Below, one piece after another: positions 61,801-64,000 of a DNA stretch of 64,000 bases. Both the position numbers and the translations under genes were made by a program. The DNA is from Candidatus Omnitrophota bacterium (GTDB lineage Bacteria > Omnitrophota > Omnitrophia > Omnitrophales > Aquincolibacteriaceae), in assembly GCA_030698625.1 (NCBI GenBank), contig JAUYMS010000021.1:6227-70226 (forward strand), in the 5' to 3' direction. Below the pieces are notes generated by a model that ran no database searches, was not told the DNA's origin, and worked only from the letters and a program-made list of their open reading frames with translations. How positions within the stretch are numbered: the stretch's first letter is position 1; the number at the start of each line of letters is the position of its first letter.

Positions 61801-64000
61801 GGCCCGCGTTGCACGCCTACCGAACTGGGAAAGCAATCGTGAGCTATTGAGTCTTTATCATCGCGCAGGCCTGGCTTTGGAAGAATACGAGGATGGGGTG
61901 CCCGAGACACCTCAGGATTTGGCGGCCGCGGACGAAACGGCGAACGACTCCGAAGAAATTGTCGATTTTGATTCACGACTGGACAGCATTTATGAAATGC
62001 TCCGCAGTCGGACAGCTGCCGGGTCGTTGAAGGCGGCCGAGATGTACGCCCATCGGGAAATTACGGCTTATCGGGACGCCCTTTTTAACAGCACGCTGCC
62101 TCCGGATGAGAAGGAAGCAAAGCTTCTGTCTTTGGAATCTGACTTGGCGGGCGCTGCCTTCAGGAACCTGCGGGCCATTGTTGAAAACGGTTACGAACTC
62201 ACCGATGAAGAGCAACCGCATTTCGATCAGATTGAGCGCTACCGGAATATGCTAATTGCCGCCGGGCTTGACGCCGAGACCGGTATTCCGGCAGAGGAAC
62301 GGAAAAACCGGTTACAGGCGATTGCTGACATGATTGAAGAGTTGAAGGTCGCACCGCTCAAGGCGGAGCTAAAAGATCTTGTGCCCGTGTTGTGGGACGG
62401 CGTACGCGAGTCATCGCGTCGCCGTCGCGGGCGCGAGGGTCAGGACCGTAAGGTGTTATATCCCGAGGACGTTTTTTCAGACCGCAGCGTTGTCGAGTTT
62501 CAAGAAAAGGTCAACCGCGTCCTTTCCGGCGATGATATCGCCAGAGAAGAAATCCTTGCCGAGTTTGACGATCACCTGGTTCAGATGGCGCACTTTCTCT
62601 GGAAGGGAATGAACGCGATGGCGGTTAAGTACATCAATAATCAGTGGCAGAACGCGACGATGGCGATGATTAGTGCCGGTAAATTATTTGCCAACGCAGG
62701 CAGGGCACGGAAGCAGAATGATAATGACGGGGCCGTTCGCTTTTATAATGAAATCATACGTATCACAAACGAAGAAGCCGATGATCGTGTGCCGGAATTT
62801 GTGAGGCGGTCTACCATCGTGCGGGCCGTGGTCGGGAAGTCTGCGGCGCTCCGTCACAACAGTAAATTTCAGGAAAGCCGCTTTCCCAGGGCCCTTGAGG
62901 TGGTGAAGGCTGCCTATGAAGAGGAACCGTGGAGCCATTTTCTTCTGACCGAACTCGGGTGGATTGAGTATCACTGGGGCCGTAATGTAACGGCCGGCCG
63001 AAGGAAGCATTTCGAAGAGGCCAAAAAGCATGCGCTGGAACTCGTTCGTCGAGCGCCCACCGACAGAGGCGGCCAGCACTTGTTGGCTTGGACCCATCTT
63101 GCGCTCGGAGAAAATGCCGAAGCGCTCGCAATGGCTCAGGCTTATTATAATGAACAACCGAACGAGTGGCTCGCCAACGACCTGTTAGTCTCCGCGCTCA
63201 TCGCAAATAATCGCAAAGGTGAGGCTGTGACGCTTGCGAGGAAGATCGATCAAGAAAGCATCGGTGATGTTACGAAACTGACTGACGCCGCGAAAATCGG
63301 CACCAATCGGTCAGAGTTGAGAGTGGCGCTCGTGGCTCCTGTTGCGGCCCGGTTTAAGACATCAATTGGATTGACGGCACGAATTGTGCGGCTAGGCGAC
63401 TCGGTTCTGGGTCAGATCATTGCGACTGCTTATGCGGAAGTCCCGAAGCTGGTGATTTCGACGACAACTCAGGATCAAATCACGGTTGATTACAGCCGGG
63501 TCTTTGAAATCACTCAGGGTGCCGAAGCCGTATTGTCGGCCGGTTTGCTTCGCGAGCTATCGCCGGCCGGCCGAGTTGAGTATGTCGATGCGATTTTGGC
63601 GGGTGCTGAAGACGCTGATCGGCACGCTTTACCCGTGATTCATTTTGCCGGTGATGCCACGTTGAAAGAAGAGTTATCCGCCTCACCCGCATTTCGTAAT
63701 CCTCTCGCTCATCAAATATTCAGTGTCAGTCCTCTGGAGGAGAGTCTTGTTGCGAACACGGTGAGCGCAAAGCCCGTTTCCGTATCATTAGATACATTGC
63801 CTTCGGAGTCGAATCCGCTGGCCGGTCAGATTCCTGCGATGCTCCTGTCGGCCGTAGAGCGCGACGGCGACCTTTCGGAAACAGACCGTTTTCTGCGTCT
63901 GCACCGTTTGACCCAACTTCAGCTTCTGGCCGCTCATGAACTGAAGGACCGCCTCAAGGGTGCTACGCCCGCGCGAACCGGCGAGCTGCTTGGGGAATTC
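34769..64000 (+). CDS. giant multi-domain protein (at least 9,744 aa, 3' end beyond window); modular or polyprotein-like, function unknown
   Basis: ATG 34769 is the first start codon after the in-frame TAA at 34706-34708. The frame (pos mod 3 = 2) was checked by hand at 35162, 36761, 40931, 42002, 46697, 49982, 53459, 55982, 57782, 58988, 60002, 63302 and 63962, and is the same throughout and protein-like. No frame-2 + strand ORF appears in the track anywhere in 34769-64000. That is expected only if this frame has no stop before the window edge, because the track lists stop-terminated ORFs only. All listed ORFs here are short (<=306 aa) off-frame or antisense. Confidence 0.85.
   Translation, partial: [9744 protein letters not shown]
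36455..36469 (+). other. RSELR motif 1 ([12 protein letters not shown])
   Basis: agg tcg gaa ctg cgt, in the giant-gene frame. Confidence 0.8.
36707..36721 (+). other. RSELR motif 2 ([13 protein letters not shown]), immediately N-terminal of the DHQS-like domain
   Basis: cgg tcc gag ctc agg. Confidence 0.8.
36767..37860 (+). other. dehydroquinate-synthase-like (sugar phosphate cyclase superfamily) domain inside giant protein
   Basis: KTLVVLDRG...[19 protein letters not shown] (Gly-rich NAD loop, ~37061). [41 protein letters not shown] (37134-37195; compare AroB PTTLLAQVDSSVGGKT / NLIGAFYQP). [24 protein letters not shown] (compare GHTFGHAIE). [12 protein letters not shown] (37577-37612; compare HGEAVAIGM). 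Confidence 0.75.
37904..37918 (+). other. RSELR motif 3 ([13 protein letters not shown]), immediately C-terminal of the DHQS-like domain
   Basis: cgg tcc gag ctg cgc. Confidence 0.8.
38045..38059 (+). other. RSELR motif 4 ([13 protein letters not shown])
   Basis: cgc tcg gag ctg cgc. Confidence 0.8.
40946..40960 (+). other. RSELR motif 5 ([14 protein letters not shown])
   Basis: cgc tcg gaa ctc cgg. Confidence 0.8.
46697..46711 (+). other. RSELR motif 6 ([13 protein letters not shown]), start of module A
   Basis: aga tcc gag ctt cga. Confidence 0.8.
46697..49996 (+). other. paralogous module A (~1,100 aa) of giant protein
   Basis: Begins [27 protein letters not shown] and ends ...[37 protein letters not shown]. 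Colinear similarity to module B along its whole length. Confidence 0.7.
49997..50011 (+). other. RSELR motif 7 ([13 protein letters not shown]), module A/B junction
   Basis: cgc tca gag ctc agg. Confidence 0.8.
53465..53479 (+). other. RSELR motif 8 ([15 protein letters not shown]), end of module B
   Basis: cgc tcc gag ctc aga. Confidence 0.8.
57794..57808 (+). other. RSELR motif 9 ([13 protein letters not shown]), N-terminal boundary of the Macro-containing segment
   Basis: cgc tcc gag ctg cgc. Confidence 0.8.
58487..58985 (+). other. Macro (ADP-ribose binding/processing) domain inside giant protein
   Basis: [25 protein letters not shown]...[18 protein letters not shown]...[21 protein letters not shown]...[31 protein letters not shown]...[16 protein letters not shown]. 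Matches the macro-domain pattern (GDIT..VDAIVNAAN, GGGV.GAI, G.A..T.G..L.AK.VIH.VGP, SIAFPAISTGVYG.P). Confidence 0.7.
59006..59020 (+). other. RSELR motif 10 ([13 protein letters not shown]), between the Macro domain and the TM helix
   Basis: cgg tcg gaa ttg cgc. Confidence 0.8.
59084..59146 (+). other. predicted transmembrane helix inside giant protein ([21 protein letters not shown]), followed by Lys/Arg-rich segment
   Basis: 21 consecutive hydrophobic residues flanked by PLIDGP and [26 protein letters not shown] (positive-inside style). Confidence 0.55.
60381..61656 (+). other. tandem duplication of a ~190-aa unit near the window end of the giant protein (units ~60381-60953 and ~61070-61656)
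   Basis: Unit 1 contains [31 protein letters not shown]...[36 protein letters not shown]. Unit 2 contains [33 protein letters not shown]...[36 protein letters not shown]. Confidence 0.6.
63308..63322 (+). other. RSELR motif 11 ([13 protein letters not shown])
   Basis: cgg tca gag ttg aga. Confidence 0.8.

Noticed and set aside
35222-63692. Dozens of short track ORFs on the minus strand and in + frames 0/1 across 34.8-64 kb (for example 35222..35929 -, 40619..41161 -, 55601..56224 -, 56681..57601 - at 306 aa, 37262..37783 -)
   Set aside because: All lie completely inside the giant frame-2 ORF and are rich in R/S/P/G with no recognisable motifs. They are typical antisense or off-frame shadows of a high-GC gene, and none exceeds ~300 aa.
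1-64000. Search for tRNA, rRNA, CRISPR arrays and self-splicing introns in intergenic gaps (24110-24470, 32269-32366, 34472-34768, 12924-13073)
   Set aside because: No T-loop or acceptor-like tRNA structure, no direct-repeat/spacer periodicity and no rRNA-like segments were seen.
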